The notes beneath the pieces are model-generated. The model was not told where the DNA came from. It searched no databases and was given only the letters and a program-made list of their open reading frames with translations. This document shows, piece after piece, positions 33,302 through 45,681 of a stretch of DNA of 64,000 nt. How positions within the stretch are numbered: the first letter of the stretch is position 1; the number at the start of each line of letters is the position of its first letter. Origin of the DNA: an uncultured Methanoregulaceae archaeon (GTDB taxonomy: Archaea; Halobacteriota; Methanomicrobia; Methanomicrobiales; Methanospirillaceae); the NCBI GenBank assembly GCA_963737635.1, contig CAVTTL010000001.1, positions 896,001 through 960,000 on the forward strand, written 5' to 3'. Position numbers and translations under genes: made by a program.

Positions 33302-34437
33302 GGCCTCTTTCGGAGAAGGTTGCGGCGATCGTCCCATCCGCGACTATCGAGATCTCCAACCGGGCAAAAAAGATGCAGCGGGAGGGGATTGATGTCATCA
33401 GCCTCTCGATCGGTGAGCCCGATTTTGATACCCCGAAACATATCCGGGATGCCTGCATCGATGCCCTGAACCGGGGAGAGACTCACTACGCACCCAGCAA
33501 CGGTATTCCCGAACTGCTTACCGCGATCAGCCAAAAGATTACCGCCGAGAATAAGTTCCCCTGCAAGCCGAACCAGGTAATCGTTACCTGCGGGGCAAAG
33601 GACGCCATCTACGAAGGCATGGAAGCAATCCTGAATCCCGGCGACGAAGTTCTCCTTCTTACACCGGCATGGGTCTCGTACGAGCCTTGTGTCCAGATGG
33701 CTGGAGGTAAGGTTGTCAAGCATGCGGTCAACCAGAAGACCTTCCAGCTCGATGACTCCATCCTTGAGCGGGTCAATGCCTCTACCAAGATGATCATAGT
33801 TAACTCGCCATCGAACCCTTCAGGAGCTGTATTTGACCGGAAATCGATGAATCTTATCGCCGATCTCTGTGAGGATCACGATCTCTATGCGATGTCCGAC
33901 GAGATCTACGAGAAACTGGTCTACGGAAAAGAGCATATCTCGCTTGCCAGTATCGATGATATGGCAGAGCGGACGATTACGATCAACGGCTTTTCCAAAG
34001 CCTATGCAATGACTGGCTGGCGGCTCGGGTACGCGGTGGCTCCATCAAAGATCATCAACGAGATGTCCAAGGTGCAGCAGCACTCAGTTTCCCAGGCAAC
34101 CACGTTTGCCATGTGGGGTGCGGTCGCGGCTCTCAACGGGGACCAGCGCTGCGTCGAAGAGATGCGCACCGAGTTTGATCGGCGGCGTACCTATGTCATG
34201 CAAGAACTCGTCCGGATGGGTTACAAGACCGCACCGGCAGATGGTGCGTTCTATGCTTTCGTGAAAGTAGCCAGTGATGACATGGAAATTGCGACCCGGT
34301 GGCTTGAGAAGGGACATGTGGCAGCAACCCCGGGCAGCGCCTTTGATGCACCCGGCTGGATCCGGCTCTCGTATGCAGCCTCCATGGACCGGCTCAAAGA
34401 AGCGATGGACCGGATCAGAAACGCTGGTGGAAACTAA
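33298..34437 (+). CDS. Class I/II PLP aminotransferase (aspartate aminotransferase-like)
   Basis: [36 protein letters not shown]. Confidence 0.9.
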   Translation: MRPLSEKVAAIVPSATIEISNRAKKMQREGIDVISLSIGEPDFDTPKHIRDACIDALNRGETHYAPSNGIPELLTAISQKITAENKFPCKPNQVIVTCGAKDAIYEGMEAILNPGDEVLLLTPAWVSYEPCVQMAGGKVVKHAVNQKTFQLDDSILERVNASTKMIIVNSPSNPSGAVFDRKSMNLIADLCEDHDLYAMSDEIYEKLVYGKEHISLASIDDMAERTITINGFSKAYAMTGWRLGYAVAPSKIINEMSKVQQHSVSQATTFAMWGAVAALNGDQRCVEEMRTEFDRRRTYVMQELVRMGYKTAPADGAFYAFVKVASDDMEIATRWLEKGHVAATPGSAFDAPGWIRLSYAASMDRLKEAMDRIRNAGGN

Positions 34438-34598
34438 AATCCACCGCGTTGTCATATACTTTTTTTAAAATGATTAGGTCTCAGTGAGGCAGCTTCAAAA
34501 TAATTATTTTTAGAGCCGGGCACGCCAGTGTGTCAGTTGATAGTACAGGTCGACAGGTACATTAACCTGATATGGTAATCTTTCACAAGATACCCACC

Positions 34599-36012
34599 AT
34601 GGACGCGAAGCAGAAGCTCATTATAGCGATTCTCATGCTCGGTACGCTCATGGGATCGGTTGATTCCACCATCGTTATTCTCGCCTTTCCCACTATCACA
34701 TCCTCCCTGCATGCAACCTTCATCGCCACCCTTTGGGTGATCCTGATCTACCTTCTGGTTGTCGCGGTCTGCACAACCCAGCTCGGCCGGATCGGCGATA
34801 TCTATGGCAGGAGCCGGATGTTCAATGCCCGGCTTTGGGATCTTCACGGTCGGTTCACTTTTCTGCGGCCTCTCATCCAGTATCTCGTTGCTAATCGCCT
34901 CCCGGGTTGTTCAGGGCATCGGAGGAGCACTGATGCAGGCAAACAGCGGCGCCATCGTCGCTGATACGTTCCCGCCAAATGTGCGGGGAACGGCATTTGG
35001 CTATATCTCTCTTGGCTGGACAAGCGGGGCGATGCTCGGTATCGTCCTTGGCGGCCTCATCACGACCTATGTGGGCTGGGAATACATCTTTTTTATCAAC
35101 GTTCCCATCGGTATTCTGGCTACCGTTCTCGGATTCCGGTACCTCACGGAGAATCCCCGGGTACATGCAAATCTGGATCTCCCGGGGATGATTCTCCTTG
35201 GTGGAGCACTTACTTCATTCTCTTTTTCCGGGGTAGACTTTGCAACCGAGGGAACGGCCCTCCCAAACATTGTCACATTCTGTCTCGGGATTGTTCTTAT
35301 CGTTCTTTTCGTACTCTTCGAACGAAGTACTGCAAAGCCTATTATCGATTTTTCTGCATTACGCAACCGTATCCTCAGGTATTCCATGATGGCGGCCTTC
35401 TTCCTAAGCCTCGGGTACCTGTCCGTGGTATTTCTTATTACGATGTACCTCCAGGGGATCCGTGCCTTGTCCCCTCTTGACGCCGCACTCCTCCTTACCC
35501 CGGGATATGTCGTGGGCAGCTTCCTCTCCCCGTACATGGGCAGGCTCTCTGATCGGTACGGGGCGCGGATTCTTGCTACCTCCGGAACAGCGATGCTGAT
35601 CCTTGCTACGCTCATCTACGTGACGTTCACCGTTGATACCCCCCTCTGGGAGGTACTGGTTGCATCGGGCATCTCCGGTCTCGGAACGGCGATGTTTTTC
35701 CCATCAAACAACAGTGCGGTCATGGCAAACACACCGGAGGGTTCCTATGGGGGGATATCCGGTATCCTCAGGACCGTACAGAATATCGGGATCCTGGGAA
35801 GTTTCGTCATTGCCATTACGGTCTCCGCGGCCGCAATACCCCGTGAAGTGGCGTTCGAGGTCTTCATCGGCACCACCAATCTCGTGGGCGGGGTCTCCTA
35901 TGCGTTCATCAAGGGCATCGATGGTGCTCTTCTTGCATCGGTTCTCATTATCGGCATTGCCGGGGCGCTGTCGTGGATGAGAGGACACGAAATCCGGGAA
36001 TCAGCGCTGTAA
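34599..36012 (+). CDS. MFS transporter (DHA2/EmrB-like); apparent frameshift near 34830
   Basis: D.TIV..A.P, GRIGDIYGR, RVVQGIGG, FFINVPIG, GRLSDRYG. Confidence 0.88.
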
Positions 36013-36070
36013 GAAGAAACAGGAATTCCTGTTCGAAAATCGTTTTACGCTCGTCAAATCGTGAGGGGGA

Positions 36071-36934
36071 TCATTGTCCCTTTTTCCACCAGATCTTCGC
36101 AAACGTCGACTCGCCGGAGATAACAACATCATCGCCATCAGTGTGCAACAGTGACGCCAAGTACGTACCCAGCACCTGTTCCTGCGTCGGGGTCGCTGCA
36201 TCAAACCTCTTACGGAAAAAGTCCGTCATCTCCCTGCGTGACGGGAACCGGTACTCCTTATCGAGCGGGAGCATCTCGACATTTGCATAGATCCCCATCT
36301 GGTACAACACATTCCAGAGGCAGTCCGCTTTCGGTCCAGGATAATAGGGTATTCCATGGAGCGGCATGACCAGATCGGCATACATCCGCTCCCAGAACGG
36401 CAAATCGACGAACCAGTACAAACATACCTCCCCACAGGAGGCCGTGTCCATCTTTAACACCGCCTCCCGGATATCGTGCATCGTGAGGGAAAGTGAGGCA
36501 ATCACAAGGTCATAAGGCACGGAAAGGTCGCGGTCAAGATCCACGTCCTCCCATGTTTTTTCGATACAGGTAATGTTGGCGATCCCCGCTTTTCCTGCCT
36601 TTTCCTTCAGTGCGGCAATCATCCCGGCGCCGGGTTCTACTGCCGTAACATCCTTGACCTTGGCCGCAAGCGGGAGAGCAAGCGTCCCTGGCCCGGCGCC
36701 AATGTCAAGCACACGTGTAGTTTGGCTGACAGAAAGACCGTCAAGGGTCATCCTGATGCGTTTCTGGAACTCTCCATCAGAGCCTGCCGCGTACCGGTCC
36801 GCATTCTCCTTTTTGTCCCAATCGTGAGAGGTATCCCCCTTGATTCGTGCGGCGTCGTGCCAGACCTGCCGCGCCTTCCAGACCTCGTTCCAGTCCACAT
36901 CGCTGCAATCACGAGGAAAAACAGGCCCCGGCAT
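36071..36934 (-). CDS. Class I SAM-dependent methyltransferase
   Basis: VLDIGAGPG, TAVEP, YDLVIAS; start uncertain. Confidence 0.85.
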   Translation of the reverse strand: MPGPVFPRDCSDVDWNEVWKARQVWHDAARIKGDTSHDWDKKENADRYAAGSDGEFQKRIRMTLDGLSVSQTTRVLDIGAGPGTLALPLAAKVKDVTAVEPGAGMIAALKEKAGKAGIANITCIEKTWEDVDLDRDLSVPYDLVIASLSLTMHDIREAVLKMDTASCGEVCLYWFVDLPFWERMYADLVMPLHGIPYYPGPKADCLWNVLYQMGIYANVEMLPLDKEYRFPSRREMTDFFRKRFDAATPTQEQVLGTYLASLLHTDGDDVVISGESTFAKIWWKKGQ

Positions 36935-37076
36935 ACAGGAAAAGGGTAGACGTGGCCGGTAATAGAAGTATGCCCAAGAGCCTTCTCTTTTTTTAGAATA
37001 CCACCGGAAGCCATCCATAAAAATTCGCTTGTATAACGTATAATCGCAGACACCAAAACACAAAAGTGTTCCACAA

Positions 37077-37092
37077 TGTATATATTTGTACA
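37077..37092 (+). promoter_or_regulatory. Putative TrpY operator (two TRP boxes) overlapping the trpB2 TATA box
   Basis: TGTATA-TATT-TGTACA ends 18 nt before the trpB2 ATG; the TRP-box consensus TGTACA is known from Methanothermobacter. Confidence 0.6.
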
Positions 37093-37109
37093 AAACAGAA
37101 TATCCGGGC

Positions 37110-38468
37110 ATGCAGACTAAGATCCTCCTTGATGAGGAGCAGATCCCCAGGAAATGGTATAACGTTCAGGCGGACCTGCCCACTCCTCTCGACCCCCCTC
37201 TTCATCCTGCCACCCACAAACCGGTCGGCCCGGATGATCTCAAGGCTATTTTCCCCATGGAACTCATCCGCCAGGAAGTCACGACAGACCGCTACGTGGA
37301 CATACCAGAAGATGTGCGTGAGGTGCTCAGGCTCTGGAGACCGAGCCCCTTGTACCGCGCCCACCGGCTGGAAAAGTTCCTCAAGACACCGGCGAAGATC
37401 TATTATAAGTGGGAGGGTGTGAGCCCGGCCGGGAGCCACAAGACCAACACGTCTGTCCCGCAGGCCTACTATAACATGAAGGCAGGTATTGAGCGGATTG
37501 CCACTGAAACCGGAGCCGGGCAGTGGGGTTCAGCTCTTGCCTTTGCAACGATGCTCTACGATCTGGAATGCACCATCTACATGGTGCGGTCCAGTTACAC
37601 CCAGAAACCGTACCGGAAATCAATGATGCATGTCTGGGGTGCGGAGTGTATTCCCAGCCCCAGCACAAAGACGAAGTCCGGGCAGGCAATCCTGGAAAAA
37701 GATCCTGAGACTCCCGGGGCACTTGGCATTGCCATCTCAGAAGCGGTTGAAGATGCAGCAACCCACGAAAACACTAACTATGCGCTGGGGTCGGTGCTGA
37801 ACCACGTCTGTCTCCACCAGACCGTTATCGGGCAGGAATGCCGGGAGCAGCTTGCTCGTGTCGATGAATATCCGGACATAGTGATCGGGTGCGTGGGCGG
37901 CGGTTCCAACTTTGCCGGCATCTCGTTTCCGTTCGCCGGGGACAAGCTGAGCGGAAAACACAAGGATATCGATATTATCGGCGTCGAACCCGCCTCCTGC
38001 CCAACGCTGACAAAGGGACTGTATACGTACGACTTCGGCGATGTAGCCGGCCTCACACCCCTTCTCAAGATGTTCACGCTCGGCCATGATTTCATCCCGC
38101 CGGCCATGCATGCAGGGGGTCTTCGCTATCACGGTGATTCACCGATCGTTTCGCGCCTGGTGCACGATGGTGTAATGCGGGCGGTAGCCTACCACCAGAG
38201 TGAGGTATTCGACGCAGCCCAGACCTTTGCCCGGACTGAAGGAATCATCGTTGCGCCGGAGACCTCCCATGCCGTGAGGTCCGCCATCGACGAGGCTCTT
38301 GCCTGCAAAAAGACCGGTGAGGACAAGACCATCCTCTTTAACTGCTCCGGTCACGGCAACTTTGACATGACGGCCTACGATGCGTTCTATAGCGGCGAGC
38401 TGGTTGACTACGAATATCCGGACGAGCTGATTAAGCAGGCAATCGGCCGGATCCCAAAAATATCCTGA
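37110..38468 (+). CDS. trpB2: TrpB2 (TrpB-like PLP enzyme)
   Basis: [57 protein letters not shown]. Confidence 0.93.
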   Translation: MQTKILLDEEQIPRKWYNVQADLPTPLDPPLHPATHKPVGPDDLKAIFPMELIRQEVTTDRYVDIPEDVREVLRLWRPSPLYRAHRLEKFLKTPAKIYYKWEGVSPAGSHKTNTSVPQAYYNMKAGIERIATETGAGQWGSALAFATMLYDLECTIYMVRSSYTQKPYRKSMMHVWGAECIPSPSTKTKSGQAILEKDPETPGALGIAISEAVEDAATHENTNYALGSVLNHVCLHQTVIGQECREQLARVDEYPDIVIGCVGGGSNFAGISFPFAGDKLSGKHKDIDIIGVEPASCPTLTKGLYTYDFGDVAGLTPLLKMFTLGHDFIPPAMHAGGLRYHGDSPIVSRLVHDGVMRAVAYHQSEVFDAAQTFARTEGIIVAPETSHAVRSAIDEALACKKTGEDKTILFNCSGHGNFDMTAYDAFYSGELVDYEYPDELIKQAIGRIPKIS

Positions 38469-38482
38469 AATCTTCCTTTTTT

Positions 38483-39583
38483 ATGCGTCGTATCGGTTTC
38501 CTCATCAACCCTGTTGCCGGTATGGGCGGATCGGTTGGACTCAAGGGAACTGACGGGAACGTTGACGAGGCACGCCGTCGCGGGGCAAGACCCCGGGCGC
38601 AGGAACGGGCGGCGATTACTCTTCGTCTGCTTTCATCCCACCAAGAAATCTTTTTCGTTACGTGTTCCGGGGAGATGGGGGCCTCAGCCTTACATGACTG
38701 CGGAGTGTCAAATTTCCGGATCGTTTACCAGTGCGAGAGAACCAGCACAGCCGACGATACAAAAAGAGCGGTGGCCGCGTTTCTCCGGGAAGGCGTTGAC
38801 CTGATCCTGTTCTGTGGGGGGGATGGTACCGCCCGGGATGTTTTTACCGTCGCACAGCGAACGGTTCCGATCCTTGGGATCCCTGCCGGAGTAAAGATGT
38901 ATTCTGCAGTATTTGCTCTCGACCCGGTGACCGCAGCAGCACTTGTTTCCGGCTCTTCCGACATGCAGGATGCAGAAGTGATGGACGTGGATGAGGAAGC
39001 GTACCGGAAAGGGGTGCTTGACACGCACCTGTTCGGGATTGCGCGTGTGCCTGCCCGTGCCCATATGACACAGGCCGCAAAACAGGTGTTCGAAGAAGCG
39101 GACGAAGACCGGGCAAAAGAGGAGATCGCACGTTTCCTGCAGGAAGTGATGATCCCCGGTGTGCTCTATATTGTCGGAGCAGGGACCACTACGGAAGCGA
39201 TCGCGCGGCGTTTGGGAATCGCAAAAACCCTGCTCGGTGTGGATGTAATACGTGACGGGAACCTTGTAGCGGTGGACGCAGATGAAAAGACACTTCTCGA
39301 TCTGGCCAGCCGGTATCCGGAAACCAGGATCATCATCAGCCCTATCGGTGCCCAGGGTTTTATCCTTGGCAGGGGAAACCAGCAGATCAGCCCGGCGGTG
39401 ATCAGGACCGCAGGACCGCAGAACCTCATCGTAGTCGCTACGCCACACAAACTCCGGGAAACACCTTCGCTGTATATGGACTCCGGGGACCCGGCGCTTG
39501 ACCGTGAGTTCGGGGAATCCATCCAGGTTATTTCAGGCTACCGGATCGCCCAAAGGAAAAAAATCTCGCGACCGGAATCATAA
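38483..39583 (+). CDS. ATP-NAD kinase family protein
   Basis: NPVAGMGG..GLKGTDG, GGDGTARD, GIPAGVKMYS, GRGNQQ, DSGD. Confidence 0.87.
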   Translation: MRRIGFLINPVAGMGGSVGLKGTDGNVDEARRRGARPRAQERAAITLRLLSSHQEIFFVTCSGEMGASALHDCGVSNFRIVYQCERTSTADDTKRAVAAFLREGVDLILFCGGDGTARDVFTVAQRTVPILGIPAGVKMYSAVFALDPVTAAALVSGSSDMQDAEVMDVDEEAYRKGVLDTHLFGIARVPARAHMTQAAKQVFEEADEDRAKEEIARFLQEVMIPGVLYIVGAGTTTEAIARRLGIAKTLLGVDVIRDGNLVAVDADEKTLLDLASRYPETRIIISPIGAQGFILGRGNQQISPAVIRTAGPQNLIVVATPHKLRETPSLYMDSGDPALDREFGESIQVISGYRIAQRKKISRPES

Positions 39584-39604
39584 AAAAGGGATTGTTCATC
39601 TGTC

Positions 39605-40210
39605 TTACAGGATGGTTTTGCCGAGAGGTGCAACGGTCTTTTTGTACGTCTCGTTGAGCACCTGCGCAAGACCTGCGTAGATTGCAAGGAACCCGCAGAG
39701 GATCCCGACGTACCCCCCTATCACTGTAACGGTCCCGTTACCGGTAACCGCCCCGATTGCCAGCAGGAAGAACAGGATCGCGAGGGTGCCAAATACCGAC
39801 TGGAGAGCGTAATTTGCCTTGAGCGTCCCGACAAACATGACAAGCGTGAAGATGCCCCACATCGCCAAGTAGGCTGCCATAGAGGTCCCATCCGGTGCAT
39901 CGGCAAGCCCCATCTTCGGAAGTACCAGGAGAGCGACAAGCGTCAGCCAGAACGCCCCGTAGGAGGTAAACGCGGTTGCCCCGAACGTGTTGTTCTTCTT
40001 CCATTCCTCGATTCCGGCAATGATCTGGGCAAGGCCCCCGTAGAATAGCCCCATTGCAAGGATCACGGATCCGAACGCAAAAAAACCTGCATTATGCAGG
40101 TTCAAGAGTACGGTCGTCATGCCAAACCCGAGCAGACCAAGAGGTGCCGGGTTTGCGGTCATATCCAGATTTTTCACATTTGTTGCCTGTGGTGTCGTAT
40201 CACTTTGCAT
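39605..40210 (-). CDS. satP: Acetate uptake transporter (SatP/GPR1/FUN34/YaaH)
   Basis: [33 protein letters not shown]; directly downstream of acs. Confidence 0.93.
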   Translation of the reverse strand: MQSDTTPQATNVKNLDMTANPAPLGLLGFGMTTVLLNLHNAGFFAFGSVILAMGLFYGGLAQIIAGIEEWKKNNTFGATAFTSYGAFWLTLVALLVLPKMGLADAPDGTSMAAYLAMWGIFTLVMFVGTLKANYALQSVFGTLAILFFLLAIGAVTGNGTVTVIGGYVGILCGFLAIYAGLAQVLNETYKKTVAPLGKTIL

Positions 40211-40278
40211 TTAGTCACATCTTCATGTTTTTTTCCCGCTCATATGTTCAATTGTCGTTACCGGAATTCTTTTCGCAT

Positions 40279-42174
40279 TCATTCTTCAAGCGTCGAGATA
40301 TCCCCCGGATCCATCCCGAGCTCTTTTGCCTTCAGGACCCGGCGCATGATCTTGCCGCTACGGGTCTTGGGCAGTTTATCGACGTATTCGATTTCATGCG
40401 GTACCGCTATGGGACCAAGGGTCATGCGCACGTGGTACAGGAGGTCCTGGGTGAGTTTCTCGCTCGGTGTGTTCCCAAGCCTGAGGATGACAAATGCCTT
40501 GATGGCATTGCCTTTGATGGGATCGGGTTTCCCGATCACGGCAGCTTCGGCTATCGCGTGGTGGGAGACAAGTGCGCTTTCCACTTCCGCGGTGCCGATG
40601 TTATGCCCGGAGACGATGATGATATCGTCAGCCCTGCCGATGACCATGATATAGCCGTCCTGCCCTTTGACTGCAAGATCTTCTGCAGCATAGACCCCTT
40701 CGATGGTCTCCCAGTATTTCCGGTACCGTGCGTCATTTTTGTAGATCGTGCGCATCATGGACGGCCACGGTCTTTTGATTACGAGAAAACCTCCCTGGCC
40801 CGGGGGTGTGGAATTCCCTTTCTTGTCCGTGACATCTACCTCAACGCCCGGTATTGCTTTTCCTACAAATCCCGGACGCATCGGTTCCCCGACCATAGTC
40901 GTAATCATCTGCATACCGGTCTCTGTCTGCCACCAGGTATCCACGATCGGGCACCTGCTTTTACCGATCACCCGGTAATACCACTCGAACGCCTCTGGAT
41001 TGAGCGGCTCCCCAACTGATCCGATGATCCGCAGGGAGCTAAGGTCGTATTTATTCGGCCACTCCTCCCCGACTTTCATGAACGTCCGGATTGCCGTTGG
41101 GGCCGTGTAGAATACCGAGATACGCTGTTCTTGGATAAGCTTCCACCAGCTGCCGGGATCAGGGTGATCCGGGGTGATCTCAGAGATAAACACGGTGGCT
41201 CCCACTGAGAGCGGGCCGTACACGATATAGGAATGGCCGGTGATCCAGCCGGGGTCTGCCGTGCACCAGTAGATGTCCCGCTCTTTGAGATCGAAGACAA
41301 TCTTTGTCGAGTAATATGCCCCGACCATATACCCTCCGCATGTGTGGACGACCCCCTTAGGTGAACCGGTTGAACCACTCGTGTAGAGAATAAACAGTGG
41401 ATCTTCGGCGTCCATTTTTTCAGGAGGGCAATCAGCCGGTACATCTTCCATGATACCATAGAAATCATGTTCCCGCCCCCGGATCTCAACCGGGGGTTCT
41501 TTTCGCCTCCGGTAGATAACGACATGCTCCACTGATGGTACATTGACGATGGACTCCTGGACGATAGTAATCAGGGGGATTGCCTTACCGCGCCGGATTG
41601 AAATATCTGCGGTTATCACTACTTTTGCCTCAGCCTCTTTGATCCGCATGTTCAGTGCGGTCGTCCCAAAACCCGCAAAAACGACGCAGTGTACGGCACC
41701 GATACGGGCGCAGGCAAGCATGGCGATCAGCTGCTCGGGTACCATGGGCATGTAGATACAGACCCTGTCACCCTTCTTCACGCCCAGATTCTTGAGGCCG
41801 TTTGCAAACTTCACGACTTCGCCAAGCAGCCGCTGGTAGGAGTACACCCGCTCTTTTCCTTCTTCCCCTCTCCAGATGAGGGCGACTTTGTTGCGGCGGT
41901 CACCGGCAACATGACGATCGAGACAGTTGGTGGTAATGTTGAGTTGTGCATTCACAAACCATCTGGCGTAGGGATACTTCCATTCGCAGACCTGGTCCCA
42001 AGGCCGGATCCATTCGAGCTCCTTTGCGATCTTGTCCCAGAACGCATCAGGATCCGAGAGGAACTGCTGGTAGGTCTTCCCATAGTCTCCTATCCACGAC
42101 GAACGCTTGTACTCCGCATCTGGCGTGTAGTACTTTGCATTCTCGACGAGTTTGACATCGAATTCATCGGTCAC
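40279..42174 (-). CDS. acs: AMP-forming acetyl-CoA synthetase
   Basis: [52 protein letters not shown]. Confidence 0.95.
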   Translation of the reverse strand: MTDEFDVKLVENAKYYTPDAEYKRSSWIGDYGKTYQQFLSDPDAFWDKIAKELEWIRPWDQVCEWKYPYARWFVNAQLNITTNCLDRHVAGDRRNKVALIWRGEEGKERVYSYQRLLGEVVKFANGLKNLGVKKGDRVCIYMPMVPEQLIAMLACARIGAVHCVVFAGFGTTALNMRIKEAEAKVVITADISIRRGKAIPLITIVQESIVNVPSVEHVVIYRRRKEPPVEIRGREHDFYGIMEDVPADCPPEKMDAEDPLFILYTSGSTGSPKGVVHTCGGYMVGAYYSTKIVFDLKERDIYWCTADPGWITGHSYIVYGPLSVGATVFISEITPDHPDPGSWWKLIQEQRISVFYTAPTAIRTFMKVGEEWPNKYDLSSLRIIGSVGEPLNPEAFEWYYRVIGKSRCPIVDTWWQTETGMQMITTMVGEPMRPGFVGKAIPGVEVDVTDKKGNSTPPGQGGFLVIKRPWPSMMRTIYKNDARYRKYWETIEGVYAAEDLAVKGQDGYIMVIGRADDIIIVSGHNIGTAEVESALVSHHAIAEAAVIGKPDPIKGNAIKAFVILRLGNTPSEKLTQDLLYHVRMTLGPIAVPHEIEYVDKLPKTRSGKIMRRVLKAKELGMDPGDISTLEE

Positions 42175-42390
42175 ATCTCATCCACTCCATATTCTACATA
42201 ATTAATCATGTTAAATCTTAAAATACATTTTGGTTGAATGGGTTTCTCCCGACCAATGAGTTCATTTTCATATATTAAAATGTCCTCATATCGCCAAGTA
42301 CAGTCTTCACTTCATAAATTGATAATGAAATTCGCGAAAAAAGACAAATACAAGAATCATTATCTATCGGAGTCTTTCAATATTGTATCA

Positions 42391-43302
42391 ATGCTGGAAC
42401 GCATAAAGGGGTGTATGCTCGGGGCGGCAGTGGGTGATGCCCTTGGCATGCCAAACGAAAGCACCACGCCCAGCCTTTCCAAGATGCGGTACGGGTTCCG
42501 CAAAGCATACAAGGGACATCCTAACGATGGCCTGATCCCCGGTCAGTATACTGACGATACCCAGACCATGCTCATCGTTGCCACACTCCTTGCCGACGGA
42601 CGATATACCGACGAGCGGTACGGCCTTGCCTTAAAGGAGTTTTATGCCCGCGAGTTGCTCCGGTTCCCTGACGGTTCGGTAACTGCTGCCTGTGACCATA
42701 TGGTTTCAGGTCAGGCACCTCCGTGCGGGGTAAAATCTACAACCGCTGGCTGTCTCCCCCCGGCACTCCCATTTGCCCTTGTTTATCCCGATATCCACGA
42801 GGGAATCGAACGAGCTGTGCGGGCGTGCTCGGTAACCCACACCCACCCCGCAGCCCATGCAGCGGTCTCCACGTTTTTGACGCTGCTGTATTGCTCCATC
42901 CATGAAATTTCCGACCCGGTCAAGACAGCTTGTCTGCAGGCCAACCGTGAGGATGAGGTGTTGGGTGGCAAGATCCATAACGCGATTAACCTTGAAAAAG
43001 AGGGTGTAGAGACGGAAACTGCCATTCTCAAAATTGGCAACGACGTGTCATTGTACCAGACGCTCCCCATCGCTTTTTTCCTGATCGGCAGGTACCAGCA
43101 CCCTGCCGACCTCTTGACTGTCGCCGCAAATGTCGGTGGAAACACGGACACGATCGGTTTTCTCTGCGGGGCATACCTTGGGGCGAGCAAGGGCGCCAGT
43201 GCAATTCCGGAGGATCTCCTGAAGAGTCTTGAAGATCGCCAGCGTATCGAGATCCTCAGCCAGAGGCTCTTTGATATTTACACCCGGAAACTTGAATCCT
43301 GA
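42391..43302 (+). CDS. ADP-ribosylglycohydrolase family protein
   Basis: GAAVGDALG, YTDDTQ, VTHTHP, GGNTDT. Confidence 0.87.
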   Translation: MLERIKGCMLGAAVGDALGMPNESTTPSLSKMRYGFRKAYKGHPNDGLIPGQYTDDTQTMLIVATLLADGRYTDERYGLALKEFYARELLRFPDGSVTAACDHMVSGQAPPCGVKSTTAGCLPPALPFALVYPDIHEGIERAVRACSVTHTHPAAHAAVSTFLTLLYCSIHEISDPVKTACLQANREDEVLGGKIHNAINLEKEGVETETAILKIGNDVSLYQTLPIAFFLIGRYQHPADLLTVAANVGGNTDTIGFLCGAYLGASKGASAIPEDLLKSLEDRQRIEILSQRLFDIYTRKLES

Positions 43303-43491
43303 TTTCCATTATGAATTTAAGTAAAAACTATTTTTTGTGATCCTTCAATAATCTAAATGAAGCGATCAACAACAACCTTGAAAATTCGTCCTTCAATTTT
43401 TTATCGAATTTTATGATTTACGTATGAATGCTGTTGATTTATGCATGGCACTCAAGAAAGAGTCCAAAAAAAAGAAAATTAAGAGAGCTCA

Positions 43492-43992
43492 TTAGCCCAG
43501 TGCTGCTGTAATACCTACAACACCTGACTGGATGATCAAGGCAACTGCGATGATGACGCCGGCAATTTCAAGCGCGACCGCGACATTGCCATTTTTAAGT
43601 TCTTCGAACGCCTTGATCTGCTTGGTGAGCCTGTCAAAGATGTTTATGGCAAGGTAGATGGAGCCGATTGCAAGGAGGACGCCCAGCACCAGCTGGACGA
43701 TCGCGACAACGATCACAATCAGACCGTCAACTGATGTAAATCCAAGGGCTGAAGCCTTGCTGATGCCAACCGAAATACCGGTAACACCGGACTGAACAAC
43801 AATCCCAATCGCGACAAAGATTGCAGCGACAATAATACCGAATGCAACATTACCCTTCGCAAGTTCCTTTTGCTCGTCAATGTCTCTGGTGACTTTGCCA
43901 AAGACAGAGAATCCGATATACAGTGCCACCACAGCAAAGATGACTGCTATGATCAACTGGATAATTCCAACAGCTACTGTTAAAAGATCCAT
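43492..43992 (-). CDS. DUF350 family membrane protein (internal duplication)
   Basis: Two repeats ending ELAKGNVAFG / ELKNGNVAVA. Confidence 0.82.
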   Translation of the reverse strand: MDLLTVAVGIIQLIIAVIFAVVALYIGFSVFGKVTRDIDEQKELAKGNVAFGIIVAAIFVAIGIVVQSGVTGISVGISKASALGFTSVDGLIVIVVAIVQLVLGVLLAIGSIYLAINIFDRLTKQIKAFEELKNGNVAVALEIAGVIIAVALIIQSGVVGITAALG

Positions 43993-44158
43993 AATCAAAC
44001 CTCATTTTTAATATTTGATTGTAGGCTATGTGGTACATAAATATATCTAAGACAGGAGACGCTAAAAATTTTGGATTTTACGGCATTTTCACAATATTTT
44101 TGGAGAGCGCCGGCATTCCCGCAAAAGGTTAAGTTTTCAGGAATGGAAAGATTCATGT

Positions 44159-45145
44159 ATGAAAGTTGCGATTGTCGGTGCATCCGGGTACGCCGGTGGC
44201 GAGCTGGTTCGTCTCCTGTACCATCATTCTTCTGCGGAAGTTGTCTGCGTCACGTCGCGGACACTCGCCGGGACGCCACTGGATGAGGTACACCCCCACC
44301 TTAAGGGATTTTCCTGTCTCAAATTCGAGAATCCCGCACCTGATGCCATTGATGTGGATGTTGCCCTCCTCGCTGTTCCGCACACAGCTGCCATGACGAT
44401 CGCAGGAAAACTGCTCTCGCGGGGGATCCGGGTTGTCGACCTGAGCGCCGATTACCGCCTCCCAAAGCTAGTATTTGAGAAAGTATACGGCGTCACTCAT
44501 GCGGATTATTTCTCTGCCCCGTACGGCATCCCCGAGCTGCACCGGAAGGAGTGCATCAACGCAAAGTTTGTCTCAAACCCCGGGTGTTTCCCCACCGGGG
44601 CAACGCTCGCCGCCGCACCGCTCGCACAGGCTGCACATACCATCATATTTGACTCGAAGACCGGTGTAAGCGGAGCTGGTGATAATCCTTCGGCAACGAC
44701 GCACTATCCCAACATCGGGGATAACGTCAACCCGTACAAATGGACCAGCCACCGCCACCTTGCGGAGATGAAACAGGAACTGGCATTCCTTGGTTCGAAA
44801 GCGAAATGCTACTTCACGCCTCACCTTGTCCCGGTAAACCGCGGCATCCTCACGACTGCCCACATTCTCCTCAATGAACCCATGGAGACAAAAGAGGTCG
44901 AAAAGCTCTACCGGGATTTCTACAAGGATGAGTTTTTCGTCCGGTACCAGACGCCAATGCTCGCTGCTGTGCGCGGGAGCAATTTCTGCGACATCAAGGT
45001 CGAGAGCGAGGGCCTGCGGGTTGTGGCGATCTCCGCGATCGACAACCTCGTAAAAGGTGCAAGCGGACAGGCAATCCAGAATATGAACATCATGTGTGGG
45101 TTTAAAGAGACAGACGGCATTCTTGCAGCAGGGATGCTACCCTGA
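44159..45145 (+). CDS. argC: N-acetyl-gamma-glutamyl-phosphate reductase
   Basis: [39 protein letters not shown]. Confidence 0.96.
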   Translation: MKVAIVGASGYAGGELVRLLYHHSSAEVVCVTSRTLAGTPLDEVHPHLKGFSCLKFENPAPDAIDVDVALLAVPHTAAMTIAGKLLSRGIRVVDLSADYRLPKLVFEKVYGVTHADYFSAPYGIPELHRKECINAKFVSNPGCFPTGATLAAAPLAQAAHTIIFDSKTGVSGAGDNPSATTHYPNIGDNVNPYKWTSHRHLAEMKQELAFLGSKAKCYFTPHLVPVNRGILTTAHILLNEPMETKEVEKLYRDFYKDEFFVRYQTPMLAAVRGSNFCDIKVESEGLRVVAISAIDNLVKGASGQAIQNMNIMCGFKETDGILAAGMLP

Positions 45146-45160
45146 ATAAGGTGATACCCG

Positions 45161-45637
45161 ATGCTTGTTTCAGAAGCCATGACAAAAAATCCATTGACCT
45201 GCACTGTTGATACCCCGCTCCGCGATGCGGTGGCAATCCTGCGTAAGCACCATATCGGGGGATTGCCGGTACTGGAAGGTGATACCCTTGCCGGAATTCT
45301 TACGGAGTCCGATATCATCGCCCAGCTGGAGACTGAAAAGCTGTCTAATGATCTCTGGCTCCCGTCCCCCCTTGAGATCATCGAAGTCCCGATACGGGAA
45401 TATGTTAACTGGGAGAAGACCAAGAATGCCCTGCGAAACATCGGGGATACACCGGTAAAAAAGGTGATGACCCACCGGGTGGTCACCGCAACCGGGGACA
45501 TGGATATCGAGGCCGCTGCCGCCCTTATGCTCAAGGAGGGCATTGCCCGGCTGCCGGTTCTTAACGGGAAAAAACTTGTCGGTATTCTCACCCGTGCGGA
45601 TATCGTCCAGGCAGTGGGCGCGTCTTATTCAACCTGA
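45161..45637 (+). CDS. CBS-pair protein
   Basis: Two CBS motifs (GLPV..GILTESD; RLPV..GILTRAD). Confidence 0.9.
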   Translation: MLVSEAMTKNPLTCTVDTPLRDAVAILRKHHIGGLPVLEGDTLAGILTESDIIAQLETEKLSNDLWLPSPLEIIEVPIREYVNWEKTKNALRNIGDTPVKKVMTHRVVTATGDMDIEAAAALMLKEGIARLPVLNGKKLVGILTRADIVQAVGASYST

Positions 45638-45681
45638 TACATCAGACACTCAATAACAGCAACTCTCGGAGGATTACGAAT

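Noticed and set aside
36935-37018. Aromatic-rich in-frame extension (MDGFRWYSKKREGSWAYFYY) as a Trp-sensing leader
   Set aside because: It is on the strand opposite trpB2, has no tandem Trp codons or attenuator, and is probably chance open frame in promoter DNA.
42391-43302. ADP-ribosylglycohydrolase as part of a toxin-antitoxin or defence system
   Set aside because: No adjacent transferase, toxin or defence gene; the context is housekeeping.
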